NCBI GenBank assembly: GCA_964013405.1
Contig: CAXGWI010000009.1
Coordinates: forward strand, 1 to 51,180
Source: an uncultured Myxococcales bacterium
Lineage (GTDB): Bacteria; Myxococcota; UBA4151
Reading direction: 5' to 3'
DNA: 51,180 bases
Shown: piece by piece, positions 27,187-38,600 of the stretch
Position numbering within the stretch: position 1 is the first letter of the stretch
Layout: each line of letters starts with the position of its first letter
Position numbers and translations under genes: made by a program
The notes under the pieces: model-generated
What the model saw: only the letters and a program-made list of their open reading frames with translations
Databases searched by the model: none
Told to the model about the DNA's origin: nothing

Positions 27187-29913
27187 ATGGCCATGGAAAT
27201 CGTCGAAGACTCCGGAACCGAAAACAGTGTGCAGAACGGCTGGAGGATCGCTCGACGTTTTACGACGACCGGCGAGGACGTCTACGGCACCAAAACCTGG
27301 TCTGGACGTGATGCCCGAATCACTCACCCCGATGGCACCGTTGTCTTCGAGCAGTTGGGCTGCGACTTTCCGGATGATTGGAGTGATACCGCCGTCAAAG
27401 TGGTCGCAAACAAGTATTTCCGCGGCGCTTTAGGAAGCCCGGAGCGGGAGGTTTCTCTCAAGCAATTGATCGGCCGGGTGGCGAATACGGCCACCGATTG
27501 GGGCATCGCCGACGACTACTTTCAAGACGAAGCGGAGGCGGAGACCTTTCGAGCCGAGCTCACCTGGCTCCTCCTGCACCAATACGCAGCCTTCAACTCA
27601 CCGGTCTGGTTCAACTGTGGTGTCGAGCCGGAGCCTCAGGTCAGCGCCTGCTTCATCAATAGCGTGGAAGACTCCATGGGCAGCATCATGGACTTGGCGA
27701 AAACCGAAGCCATGCTCTTCAAATTCGGCAGTGGCGCTGGCTGCAACCTGAGCCCGATTCGTAGCTCCAAGGAGATGTTAGCGGGCGGTGGTGAAGCCAG
27801 CGGACCCGTCAGCTTCATGCGGGGCTTCGATGCTTTTGCCGGTGTCATCAAGTCGGGAGGCAAAACACGCCGAGCTGCGAAGATGGTGATGCTCGACGTC
27901 GACCATCCGGACATCGTCGAGTTCATCAACTGTAAGATGCAAGAAGAGCAAAAAGCCTGGGCATTGATCGAGGCCGGTTACGATGGCGGTTTCAATGTAC
28001 CCGGTGGTGCCTATGACAGCATTTATTTCCAGAATGCCAATCACAGCGTCCGAGTCACCGATGCATTTATGAACGCAGTCGAAGCGGGCGAACCCTACAG
28101 TACGAAGGCTGTCGTCAATGGCGAGAGCGTCGAACAACTGGATGCTCGAGAGGTCCTGGGCATGATCGCTGAGGCGACCCACCAATGCGGAGACCCCGGC
28201 CTGCAGTACGATGACACCATCAATGAATGGCATACCTGCAGCAGTACGGACCGGATCTACGGTTCCAACCCCTGCAGTGAGTACATGTTTCTCAATGATA
28301 CCGCCTGCAACCTTGCCAGCCTCAACTTGCTGAAATTTAGGCAGGCTGATGGCAGCTTCGATGTCGAGGGTTTCGAACACGCTTGCGAAGTCATCTTTAC
28401 GGCCCAAGAGATTTGGGTCGACCGAGCCAGTTACCCCACACCGAAGATCGCCGAGAACTCCCATGCCTACCGGCCCATCGGTCTGGGTTACGCCAACCTA
28501 GGCGCACTCCTCATGAGCAAGGGCTTAGCCTACGACAGCGATGAGGGACGGGCTTACGCCGGTGCCATCACCGCGATCATGGGAGGGACTGCCTATCGCA
28601 CCAGCGCTCGACTGGCGAAGCGCAAAGGGCCATTCAGCGGCTTTTGGGACAACCGGGATGCCACGATCCGAGTGATGGACAAGCATGCCGACGCGGTCAA
28701 TTCCATCGATTCGGACCTGGTCCCGCCGGCCATGCTGCGGGCGGCGCACAGGGCCTGGACAGAGACCTGCATCGGCGTCCGTAAAGGCGGCCTCCGAAAC
28801 GCCCAGGCCACCGTGCTCGCACCCACGGGAACCATCGCGTTCATGATGGACTGCGACACCACCGGCATCGAGCCCGACATCGCCCTCGTGAAGTTCAAAA
28901 CCCTCGTGGGTGGCGGTATGATGAAGCTCGTGAACAACAGCGTCGACCTGGCTTTGAGCGAGTTGGGCTACCCCGAGGCTCATCGCCAGGAGATCCTCGA
29001 CTACATCGATACCAACGATACCATCGAGGGTGCTCCCCATCTCGCGTCTGAGCACCTCCAGGTCTTCGACTGCGCCTTCAAGCCAATGAATGGCGAACGG
29101 GCCATCAGCTACCAAGGGCACATCAAGATGATGGGCGCAGCCCAACCCTTCCTTTCGGGGGCCATCTCCAAAACGGTCAATATGCCCGAAGACTGCACCG
29201 CTGAAGAGATCACGGAAGCCTACATCGCCAGTTGGAAGTTGGGCTTGAAGGCGGTGGCAATCTACCGGGAAAATTCAAAGCGGTCCCAACCCCTCTCGAC
29301 GGGCAAAAAAGAAGAGGTCGTTGCGGCCGAAGTGACCCCCCAGGCTGGAGCGGCATACCCCACCCGCAGGCGCCTTCCGGACACCCGCATGAGTGTGACT
29401 CACAAGTTCAATATCGGTGGTCACGAAGGCTATATGACCGTGGGCCTCTATGAGGATGGAAAACCCGGCGAGATCTTCACCGTGATGGCGAAGGAAGGAT
29501 CCACTGTCTCGGGCCTGATCGATGGTTTCAGCACGATGACCAGCCTGGCCCTTCAGTACGGGGTGCCTATTGAAGATATGGTCCGGAAATTCAGCTACAC
29601 CCGCTTTGAGCCCAGTGGCTTCACGGGGAATAAGGAACTTCCTCAGGCCCAGAGCGTTCTCGACTATATGTTCCGCTGGATGGACATTAAGTTTAGCGAT
29701 CAGGTCAAAGCGGTGGCCGGCGAGGAGCCCATGCAATTGGATCTCCCCGGTGCGGGAGTTAATGGACTTCGGCCTGCGCCGAAATCAGAGGCGGTCGCCC
29801 CTGAACTCAGCCATGCTGACGGTCAAACCTGCAGCAACTGTGGCACCCTCACCATCCCCAATGGCGGCTGTCACGTCTGCCCAGCCTGTGGAACCACGAC
29901 GGGCTGCGGCTGA
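27187..29913 (+). CDS. nrdJ: Vitamin B12-dependent (class II) ribonucleotide reductase with TSCPD domain and C-terminal Zn ribbon
   Basis: FNSPVWFN, SACFI, GGKTRRAAKM, SNPCSE, TACNLASLNL, APTGTI, GAISKTVN, RRRLP...GEIF and CSNCG...CPACG. Confidence 0.97.
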   Translation: MAMEIVEDSGTENSVQNGWRIARRFTTTGEDVYGTKTWSGRDARITHPDGTVVFEQLGCDFPDDWSDTAVKVVANKYFRGALGSPEREVSLKQLIGRVANTATDWGIADDYFQDEAEAETFRAELTWLLLHQYAAFNSPVWFNCGVEPEPQVSACFINSVEDSMGSIMDLAKTEAMLFKFGSGAGCNLSPIRSSKEMLAGGGEASGPVSFMRGFDAFAGVIKSGGKTRRAAKMVMLDVDHPDIVEFINCKMQEEQKAWALIEAGYDGGFNVPGGAYDSIYFQNANHSVRVTDAFMNAVEAGEPYSTKAVVNGESVEQLDAREVLGMIAEATHQCGDPGLQYDDTINEWHTCSSTDRIYGSNPCSEYMFLNDTACNLASLNLLKFRQADGSFDVEGFEHACEVIFTAQEIWVDRASYPTPKIAENSHAYRPIGLGYANLGALLMSKGLAYDSDEGRAYAGAITAIMGGTAYRTSARLAKRKGPFSGFWDNRDATIRVMDKHADAVNSIDSDLVPPAMLRAAHRAWTETCIGVRKGGLRNAQATVLAPTGTIAFMMDCDTTGIEPDIALVKFKTLVGGGMMKLVNNSVDLALSELGYPEAHRQEILDYIDTNDTIEGAPHLASEHLQVFDCAFKPMNGERAISYQGHIKMMGAAQPFLSGAISKTVNMPEDCTAEEITEAYIASWKLGLKAVAIYRENSKRSQPLSTGKKEEVVAAEVTPQAGAAYPTRRRLPDTRMSVTHKFNIGGHEGYMTVGLYEDGKPGEIFTVMAKEGSTVSGLIDGFSTMTSLALQYGVPIEDMVRKFSYTRFEPSGFTGNKELPQAQSVLDYMFRWMDIKFSDQVKAVAGEEPMQLDLPGAGVNGLRPAPKSEAVAPELSHADGQTCSNCGTLTIPNGGCHVCPACGTTTGCG

Positions 29914-29989
29914 GGTCCATCACTCCGAAAGCGCTGCCTGCGTTCTTCCGACGCTTCCCAGGCCGGGCTTGACTTGCTAGGCGGCGCTC

Positions 29990-32584
29990 ATGCTCAGCCT
30001 GTTTGCCCAGATGACCCTTCTGATCACGGGAGAAACCGGTGGCGTCTCCGGGCGTCAGGTCGATCCCGTTTTGCCCACCCTCGCCGAGGTTCAGATTCAA
30101 TCCTCAGGCTATCGGGCCGTGACCCACGGGGGGCGCGCCTGCTTTCCCGACCAGTTGGAAACCTTCGCCGCCTTACTCAAAGATGAACCCACTCGGGCCA
30201 TCACCGGCAAGACCACAATGCTTCGTTGGCGGCACAGCTGGTTTGCCGCAGACGCCCCATCGCCGGCCCTTGAGCGCCTCTTGGGCACCGGTGAACTCGA
30301 GCCCCAAACGGCCCAATGGGAGCAATGGACGAGCGCCAAGCAGAAGCTGCGCTGCGTGACCCTTGGCGGTGGTAGCGAGACACTGGCTCAAGAGATTGGC
30401 GACTGGGAGGTTCGCTGGTCCGCCGCAGCCGAAGTGCCCGGCGTCGGCTCAATCACGGAAATCGCTCGCCCCCTCGGCGATGGAAGTCGGCGGCTTCAAG
30501 CGATCCAATCACTCCGCAACCAACGGCCTGATCTCTTGTGGTTTGACCTCGGCGGACTTTTCGAGGGGCGTTCCCTCATTCGTGACGGACTGGATTTACA
30601 CCGGACGGTCACGGCTCAAGCCCTCCAGAAGACACCGCCGCAGTTGCTGGTCCCTGGCCCGAAAGACCTAGCCGGAGGTCTCGACCATTTACTGGCCGAA
30701 CTCCGCCCCGGTGGCACCCAGCTCCTCGTTACCGGCTCGTCGGTGACCCAGGCTGGGCTGGTCTCCCAATGGCGTCACACCCAGGACGGCCAGCGAATTC
30801 TCGTACTCGGCCTTGGGGAGACCACGCCGACTCCGGACCTCGAGAAGGCCGTGGAGCGACACCTTGCGGAGGCTGCAGTAGACGAGTGGATCATCCTGTT
30901 GTCACGGAACGCCGCCAATACGAGCACCTGGATCAACGATTCCCGGGTTGCGCTCGTCGCCGTCCCTGGGCCGGTACGTTTCGGCCCCTTTCAGGGCACA
31001 TGGCAGCGGGGACGGGCCACGAGTGGCGGCCCGCTCATCTTGCAGGTCGCGCCGAACCGACTCCTAACGGTTAGCCTGAAAGCAGAAGGCCACGTGGAGT
31101 TTCGTTCTCGGGAGGTTGACGAAACCACGAAGGCCGACCCCGTTCTTTCCCGACAGGTGAACCGGATCCGCCACACCTTGTATCCCGATCTGAATCGCAC
31201 GGTGGTCCCCGTCTTGGACCCCAGTAAAGCGCTGAGTCAGGTTGACCCGGCCCTCACCGAAACGCTGCTAGCCCACACGCTGCTGCGGGCTGCTGAAGCC
31301 GATGCTGTGCTCCTGCCACCCCTGGCTGGCGAGAAGCCGATGCCCGGTCCCATCACACGAATGCGGCTGCGAGCAGAGCTGAGGGTGCCCGGCCACTTGG
31401 TTCGCCGTCGAGTCGAGGGGCGTCACTTGCAAAAAGCTGTGACCTCCTTCGGGCGGGCCCGGTTCACGGCCCGGGAAAAAGTCACACCGGACGCACCAAT
31501 ACATCTCGTGACCACCGCAGCCATTGCGGAGCGCTTGGCAAAAGCCCTCGGTCCCGCACCGCCGAGCCAAGCCTTACGCTATGTCGACGGCAAACTCATT
31601 CCGGTCAGGCCCAACCGTGGAGAAAAACCCAGTTCATTACGGGATCTGGGCGTCTCGCTGATCGAAGGACAGCTCCTCTGGGACCAACCCAGCGAAGCCG
31701 TCTTGCGTCAGCGGGTCTCTGCCCTGTTGGTCTTGCCTCCGCCCCGCTCCGCACTGCGCTTTCGTATCGATCGACTCAGCCTCAGTATCCAAGAGGTCAG
31801 CCTGAGGGCACCCATCGAGCGCCGAGCAGCGGAAGACCCGCGGGCGAACAGCCCGACTCGACTGAGCGTGGGCAGTCAGTTCGACCTTCGTGTGGAACAA
31901 CCTTGGCGTGACCTCGTGGTGAGTCTGAGGGGCCTGGGCGAGTACCGGCGGGAGTCCTTTCCCAGCGAAAATGGGGTTGAGGCCATCGACAAGGAAGCCG
32001 TCGATGACCTGAAAGGGATCTTCGAGGTGGCCGCCCGGTCCGGTTCCTACAGACCCTTCGTCAACCTCGGTCTCGACAGTGAATTCACGGCTGGTGCGCC
32101 CGAGGCGGAGACAGCGAGTCCTCGCCAGATGCTTGCGTCTGTCGACGCCGGACTGCTCCTGCCGAAGCGGGGACTCCTCCACGAAGCCCGACTCAGTGCC
32201 ACAGCCCTACGAGATTATCGGGATCTACTCACAGCACCTACGGGGGGGACCTCCTCCCCTCCAAGCCAGTGGCGCTTCGGCCTGAGTGGACTCGTCGACC
32301 TAAGGCGCCCCCTCCCCATCGGAAGCCTGCGACTGATCCTTGGCTCCCGGCTCTTCCTGCCGGAGACCGAACCTCAACCCAACACCTTACTGTGGGCCTT
32401 TAGTGAACGGGTGGAGTACGCCTATCCCCTGGCCGGTGGGTTGAACTTGAAAGCTTATTTCGAGCATTTGTCCTGGCGGACTCACGTCGCCGATCCAGCG
32501 CCCCGATTCGCTGACACCTGGCTCAGTGGCGGACTGAGTCTGGATTTCTCAAGAGTGCTGCGTCCTCTTGCCGGGCTATTCTAG
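29990..32584 (+). CDS. Hypothetical protein: degenerate 5'-nucleotidase-like N- and C-domains fused to a putative C-terminal beta-barrel
   Basis: TLLITGETGG, RLQAIQSLRNQRPDLLWFDLGGLFEG and PGPKDL (metallophos fold without ligands); LLAHTLLRAAEADAV...PGPIT (5'-NT C-domain); amphipathic strands in the last ~270 aa. Confidence 0.65.
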   Translation: MLSLFAQMTLLITGETGGVSGRQVDPVLPTLAEVQIQSSGYRAVTHGGRACFPDQLETFAALLKDEPTRAITGKTTMLRWRHSWFAADAPSPALERLLGTGELEPQTAQWEQWTSAKQKLRCVTLGGGSETLAQEIGDWEVRWSAAAEVPGVGSITEIARPLGDGSRRLQAIQSLRNQRPDLLWFDLGGLFEGRSLIRDGLDLHRTVTAQALQKTPPQLLVPGPKDLAGGLDHLLAELRPGGTQLLVTGSSVTQAGLVSQWRHTQDGQRILVLGLGETTPTPDLEKAVERHLAEAAVDEWIILLSRNAANTSTWINDSRVALVAVPGPVRFGPFQGTWQRGRATSGGPLILQVAPNRLLTVSLKAEGHVEFRSREVDETTKADPVLSRQVNRIRHTLYPDLNRTVVPVLDPSKALSQVDPALTETLLAHTLLRAAEADAVLLPPLAGEKPMPGPITRMRLRAELRVPGHLVRRRVEGRHLQKAVTSFGRARFTAREKVTPDAPIHLVTTAAIAERLAKALGPAPPSQALRYVDGKLIPVRPNRGEKPSSLRDLGVSLIEGQLLWDQPSEAVLRQRVSALLVLPPPRSALRFRIDRLSLSIQEVSLRAPIERRAAEDPRANSPTRLSVGSQFDLRVEQPWRDLVVSLRGLGEYRRESFPSENGVEAIDKEAVDDLKGIFEVAARSGSYRPFVNLGLDSEFTAGAPEAETASPRQMLASVDAGLLLPKRGLLHEARLSATALRDYRDLLTAPTGGTSSPPSQWRFGLSGLVDLRRPLPIGSLRLILGSRLFLPETEPQPNTLLWAFSERVEYAYPLAGGLNLKAYFEHLSWRTHVADPAPRFADTWLSGGLSLDFSRVLRPLAGLF

Positions 32585-32639
32585 ACCTTGCTGGAGTCGA
32601 TGCCTTCAGAGACAATCACCTGGGAGTACCGCTGAGTTG

Positions 32640-35600
32640 ATGCGTTCGTTTGCCATCCTCATCTTGGGCTTGAGTGCGTGCATGGCACCCACGCTCGTGG
32701 TGGATGATAGCCAGCCAGCATTGACCGCTGAGGCTGCAAGCGAATGGACCACCGACCAAGGATTTTCGGTCACCGTTCGTGGGGCTAGCCCGGACCGGGG
32801 GATTGCTTGGCTCCGGTTGAGTCTGGAACTGGACGGGCGCCCCGAAACACTCCGCTCTCGCCGAGATGTCCCGACGGACGGACCCACGACGATTCAGCGG
32901 AAGATCTGTCTTCGCTTGCCCGGGACAGCGGCCTGCGAAGGTGACCACGAAGACTGGCTGCTGCCGGCGTATTTCGGCGGAGATGGCGGCACCCTCCACC
33001 TCGTCGTTGAGGCTGCGGACCAGGCCAGTGCCCAACGGGCGGCCGAGCCGGTTCAGAAGCAGTTCCTCGTCAAGGATCGGCTTCCCCCGGCCGTCTCGCT
33101 CCACAGCGAGACCAGCACAAACGGTGCGGGTACAATCTTTCTTCGCGGTGAGGCTGCTGACGGAGCCAGTGGCCTGAGCCGCCTTGGCTATTCCCTGCGC
33201 ATCCTCGGCAACGGTCGACTCAGCCGCCGGGTTGAAGGACAGTCTGAAGCCTTTCTACCCGGTACGGACTCCGACCACTTCATGATCCCAGTCGCCGCGC
33301 CAGGCAACCTTCGCAGCGGGGAAATCCAAGTGGAGAGCCTGTGGGTGAAGGATGGGGCGAACCCGGCCAACCTGACGGATCTGTTGGAGCCACCAACCCT
33401 CTGCCTCGGCGGCTGTAAAGACAGCTCTGCACCGCGGGTCGAAGTGCTCTCGGTGGTTTGGCGACGTCAGGGTGGTGATGTGACCCTCTCGCCTGGGGAC
33501 GGTGTGCACCCCGGCGCGGAGGTTGCCGTCACCGTTCAAGCGGTGGATTCGGGCTCCGGCATCGATTCCATCCGGGTCGAGACCCCGAGGGAGCGAGCGG
33601 AGTATCGAGTTCCCGAAGAGGAAAACAGCCCGGGACTTGTCGAAACCACGCTCCTCCTCCGAGTCCCCGAAGGCCAGGATGGTGACCGCTTCGACATCAC
33701 CACGATGGCTTGGGATGATTACGGCGATCTGCCGGACCGCAACCTAGGTGAAGAAACCCCCTTTGCCTTAGAATTGCTCGACGACCAGGCGCCAACGGTT
33801 GAAGTCGTCGGCTTCGTCGACGCCCAGGGGAACCTTCTCGATGAGCCACCCGTCCTGGGTGACACGGTGGCAGTGCGACTTCAGGGCAGTGACCCGCTGG
33901 GGAAAATCGTTGGGTTTTCCCTCGGCTTGATCCCAGAGGGGGAAGAGTTGCCGACCCAAAACATTGTCATGACGCTGCCCCAAGCCGAAGCCAGCGGTAC
34001 GTGGACAACCACCGAGCGCTTCACCCTGTCCGCAGACCGCCGAGCCATGGCCGACTGGCAAATCCGCCTGACAGCTCAAGACAACGCCCGAGCGCCAAAC
34101 ACCTCTGCCGTCACGTACTACCCCTTCTTACCAACGGACACCCGAGAGCCCGTCTTAGACCAAGTCACAATCCCTGAAACCGTAGCCCCAGGCCGCTCAT
34201 ACTCCGTTGGTATCACAGCCCATGACGTCAATCGGGTCGTCGCTCAGTTGGGCCTTAGGATCCAACCGCAACAAACCGGGCTCGGATCCGATCCGCTCCA
34301 TCAAGCGGTCGCGCCCCACCGGAGTCCGGCGACGGGTCAAATTCCCCTCTTGATTCCGGCGGCGACTCGGGAAGGCACCTTTCAAGTCAACGCCACGGCA
34401 TCCGATGACCGAGGGAATACGGTGATCGGTGCCGTCCAAGGCATTCAACTTCTCGACGACATCCCTCCAGTGATCGACCCGCCCAGCTATTTGGAGTCAC
34501 CGATTCAACCGGGTATTCCGGTGACACTGCGAGTGAACGCGAGCGACGTGAACAGTGCAGGGATCTCGCAGGTGGCCGTCGCCTGGCCTCAGGGTCTGGT
34601 CAATGGCGAGCTGGTGCCCCTGATCGTTGCGGAGGGGGCCACGTCGGTGGACAACCCGGAGGTCTTCCCCCTCGATTTTCGCGGCCGAGTCCGGGCCGAT
34701 CTCGCCCACGGGCGCGAACTGCGAGCCACCGTCACCGCCGTCGACCAAGCCGCAGCTCGTAACGAGCGCAGCGTCGACGTGCTGCGAACGGTTGATGACC
34801 GGGGCGGACCTTCACTGTCGGCGGAACCCTTAGTGGTGGTTGCAGGTCAAACCGGAACGCTCACACTGACCGGGCTGGACAACAGTGGTGTTCGGCGCCT
34901 CGGCTATCAAGTCACAATGCCCCACCTAGACCCAAACCTGAACCCCACCCTCCGCCAGGGCAACCAGACCTTCGGCGGTGCGAACCTCGAGGAGTCAGCG
35001 GTCTTCCAGATCGCTGTGCCCAGCACCGCCCGAGAAGCGGTCGGCAATGCCGGCTTAACCATCGAACTCACCGGTGAGGATTCCGTTGGCAACCTCAGTG
35101 AGGGCTCGACAACCCTCGTGATTCGAGACGAATCGGACCCCCACCGACTCAGCATCGATTCGGCGGCGACAGCGACGACTGGAACAGAACTCGAAGTCAC
35201 GTTGAGCGCCGAAGACGAGAGTTCAGGCCTTGAAACACTCCGGCTTCGACTTCTCCCGGTTGGGTTGGTGGTCGATGTGGACTGCCAGGGAACAGCGCAC
35301 TGCCAGGCAACCCGCAATCTGGCCATCCCCGAAGACCTCACCCATGGCGACGAATTGACTCTAGAACTCACGGCCACCGACCGAGCGTCGGGAGGCGGAC
35401 GCAGCGCCCAGGTGACCCGAGGCGTCACCGTTGTCGATGGGAGCGTCCCTGAATTACTGATTCAGGTTCCGGCCCAGGGGCATGTCTTCGTTAGCGAGCA
35501 AAACGGCACCATCAGCGCGCAGGCCCATGATCCCAACAGTGAGGTCACATCATGGGCCTGGTACCTGCAGTGCGGCCGTCCCGGCGCCGGCACCCGTCAT

Positions 35601-38600
35601 GCTCAAGGGGGTGGCATCATCGCCAACCCCGGTCATACGGTCCTTCCCAGCCAAGCGTTCACCATGCCGCACTCGGGCCACTGCACCAACAATGGGACCC
35701 TGACGGTCACGGCCACCAATCAAGCGGGCCTGACCGCGAGCAGCACCCGGCTGGTGGGTATTCAGGACGCCACTGCCCCCCTCGTGAATTGGCGTAATGG
35801 CCAAAGTCCAGCCACGGCGAATACAGGGGACCAAGATCTACGCTTTGATGGTCAAATCGAAGATTCTGGCAGCGGTGCAGAACGCTTAAGTCTCACCCTC
35901 CCCCCCTGCGTGACCTCCTCACCAAGTCAGCGCGACTACAACGGTCAAACAGGCCAACAAAATGGCCTCTTTCAACTCAGCTTCGGCGAAGGCTGCCAAC
36001 CGGGGCAGCATACGCTCACGCTCACCGCCCGGGATCAGGCTGGAAACAGTGCGGCCGTCACGCACCGGGTGACCGTGGCCGACGATGACGCGCCAAGCAT
36101 CGAGTTCCTAGCGCCGCCGACGGAAGTCAACGTCGGCAGTACCGTCAATCTCAGTTTGAGACTGCACGACCCCAGTTCCGGCCTCAACGAGCTGACCCTC
36201 CCTTCCGTGCCTTGTGGCAGCATCACCGGTCGAACCTGGAACGATAACCCGACCAACGCCACCGACCACGCTGTCGAGTGGGTGATTCCCGCGGACTGCC
36301 GTCAACTGGGCCCGCAAACCCTCACCGCACGGATCAGCGACGCCTCAGCAGACAGCCCGGACGGCGAGGTGGAGCTCGGTATAGAGATTCTCGATACAAC
36401 GGATCCGTCCGTCTCTTTTACGACAACGCCTAATGATATCCGCCTGCTCGCCTCAAGTACGGTCGCCGCGGAGGCCAGCGATGCTTCCGCCGGACTCGAC
36501 AGCTTGGTATTCAGCTTTGCGTCGGGCACGGGCTCCTTTACCCCAGACAGCCAGAACTATCCGGGTCACCCCACTTCGGGCTCCTTGCAGGCGGAGGTCT
36601 TGGGGAGCACGGCGAACCTGAGGGATGGTGACGAAGTCCGCCTGCGCGTCCAAGCCACCGATGCTTCTGGCAACACAAGCGAGGTCACGACAGGCCTACT
36701 CAGCGTTGTCGACGATCTTCCTCCGGCCAGCGAAACGATCACGGTGACCGCCAGCGCGGACAACGCCAGGCCCTTGGTGGCCGGCCGCTTTCCCGTCGCC
36801 GCAGGGGAGACGATCACGCTGCGTGTCGAAGGCACTGACACGAACTCCGGAATCACAGCACTACGCTTTCAAGCGTCATGGGCCGGCGGCAGCCAATCGG
36901 ACAATGAGGGAGGCCTCGGCGGCCAAGACAGCGAAGGTCACGACTTCAGTTTCGTCGTCCCGGCCCTGGCCCATGGCAGCCAGATCACGGTCACGCCGTC
37001 GGCCGATGACGTCAGCGATGAGACCGGGTTTGTCGATGGCTCTCCCCTCGTCCTCGAGGTGGACGGCGAAGGGCCCGCGTCCACCCCCGTGCTGGTCAGT
37101 CCGGCTGCTGCCAACCTCTTTGGCCTGGGTCGGGACTTCCGCTGCGCCATCACCGAGACCACGACGCTTTCTGGTACGGCCGCGGCCGGTGTGGACGCGG
37201 TGAAGCTGACGATCAATCCCCTGCCCACCGGCTTTCCATTAGCCGGGCGGGATCTTACCGTGACCGGCGGCAACTGGAGCGACGCGGTGGCCGGGTGGAG
37301 TACGGATTATCAAGTGTATACAGTGACACTCACCCCCATCGACCCGGTGGGGAATGAAGGGAACAATCCTGCAACCATCAGTCTCCGGAGCGACCTCCTC
37401 GCCCCCACGAACCGAAGCATCTCAGCCCTCAATCTCGATGGCACGGGCCGGGGCGTTTATCGGCCGCAAATCTCGGGCCTTCGCAGCACGGGAATCGGTG
37501 GCGACACAGTGGTGCAAGGACGTCTTCACAACTGTGCGGGCGCTTCGAACACGGTCGTGAATGATGAGACACCGGCCAACGCGAGTTTCCAACTCACCCA
37601 GGCAAACACGCTGACGCTGACCGATAATGCGCTGACCTGCTCGTGGCAGGTAGAGGAGAGTTTTTGCCAGCGCATCACCAACAGCACGGGCTCTGTCAAT
37701 CTCAGCAAAGTGAACGCTCCCCCCAGCGCCGACCAGTTGCAAACCGAGGGTGATGCGAATGATCCGGCCACCATCGCCGCCCTGCGACCCACATTGTCGG
37801 CCCGCTATGTCGACAGCTATCAACTGGGTTTGAATGAGATTTCATTTGCCCGTGAATTCCAGGTTCGCCTGGTGGGGACGGGCTGCCCCGGTGGTCTCGC
37901 CTCTAGTGTCTGTTGGACCTCAGCCCTGACCGCCGTCGACCTGGACTCGGGCGATCGGAGCCCGAACCTTCAACCTCCTCTGTGGCGTCCCAGTCTCGCC
38001 AACGGGCCCACAGCGTTCAGCACCCTGCGCGCCCAATCGGATCTGCTGGTTTTTGAGCACGGCAGTTCCACGCTCCGGACCCTCGACCTAGCCGGCAACA
38101 CCTGGTCGACCCCTGCCTCCCTCGACGCCGACGGCAACCCCCAATCGGTCAATATCGAAGCGGCCGATGGATTGGTCATCGATGCCGCCGGTGACATTGT
38201 CTGGCTCGACGGTGACGGCGATTTACGCGTTGGGACGATCACGGGCAGCCCAATAACCGAGGTGAGTTGGACCGACGGGGAAAATGTCGCCAACTTTAAC
38301 CCCAATCGCTGCGAAGCGATCGAACTCACCACATCCCCCTCGGGGTCAGATCAATTAATCGTTTGGTGCCAAGGGAAGCGACCTATTCTGACCGATGTTC
38401 TCAGCGTCTATGAACTGGATCGAAGCGTCGATCCCCCCAGTCTGTCCGAAATCTCCTACCCGGGGCTCTATGTGCCCCGCAGGCTTGGCGCCGACTTCCA
38501 AGTGATTCGACTGCCGGGCAGTGCCCATTTCCGCCTGCTCCGAGGCGATGGCTTTGAACAAATCCTGGCCGCAGAGATCTCGACCAACCCAACGGCCTGG

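Noticed and set aside
27187..29913. Intein or intron in nrdJ
   Set aside because: Length and motif spacing are normal; no splice-junction or LAGLIDADG motifs.
32568..32639. Longer N-terminus for the giant protein (and similar upstream extensions in the ORF track)
   Set aside because: ATG 32640 gives a canonical lipoprotein signal; the extension overlaps the previous gene.
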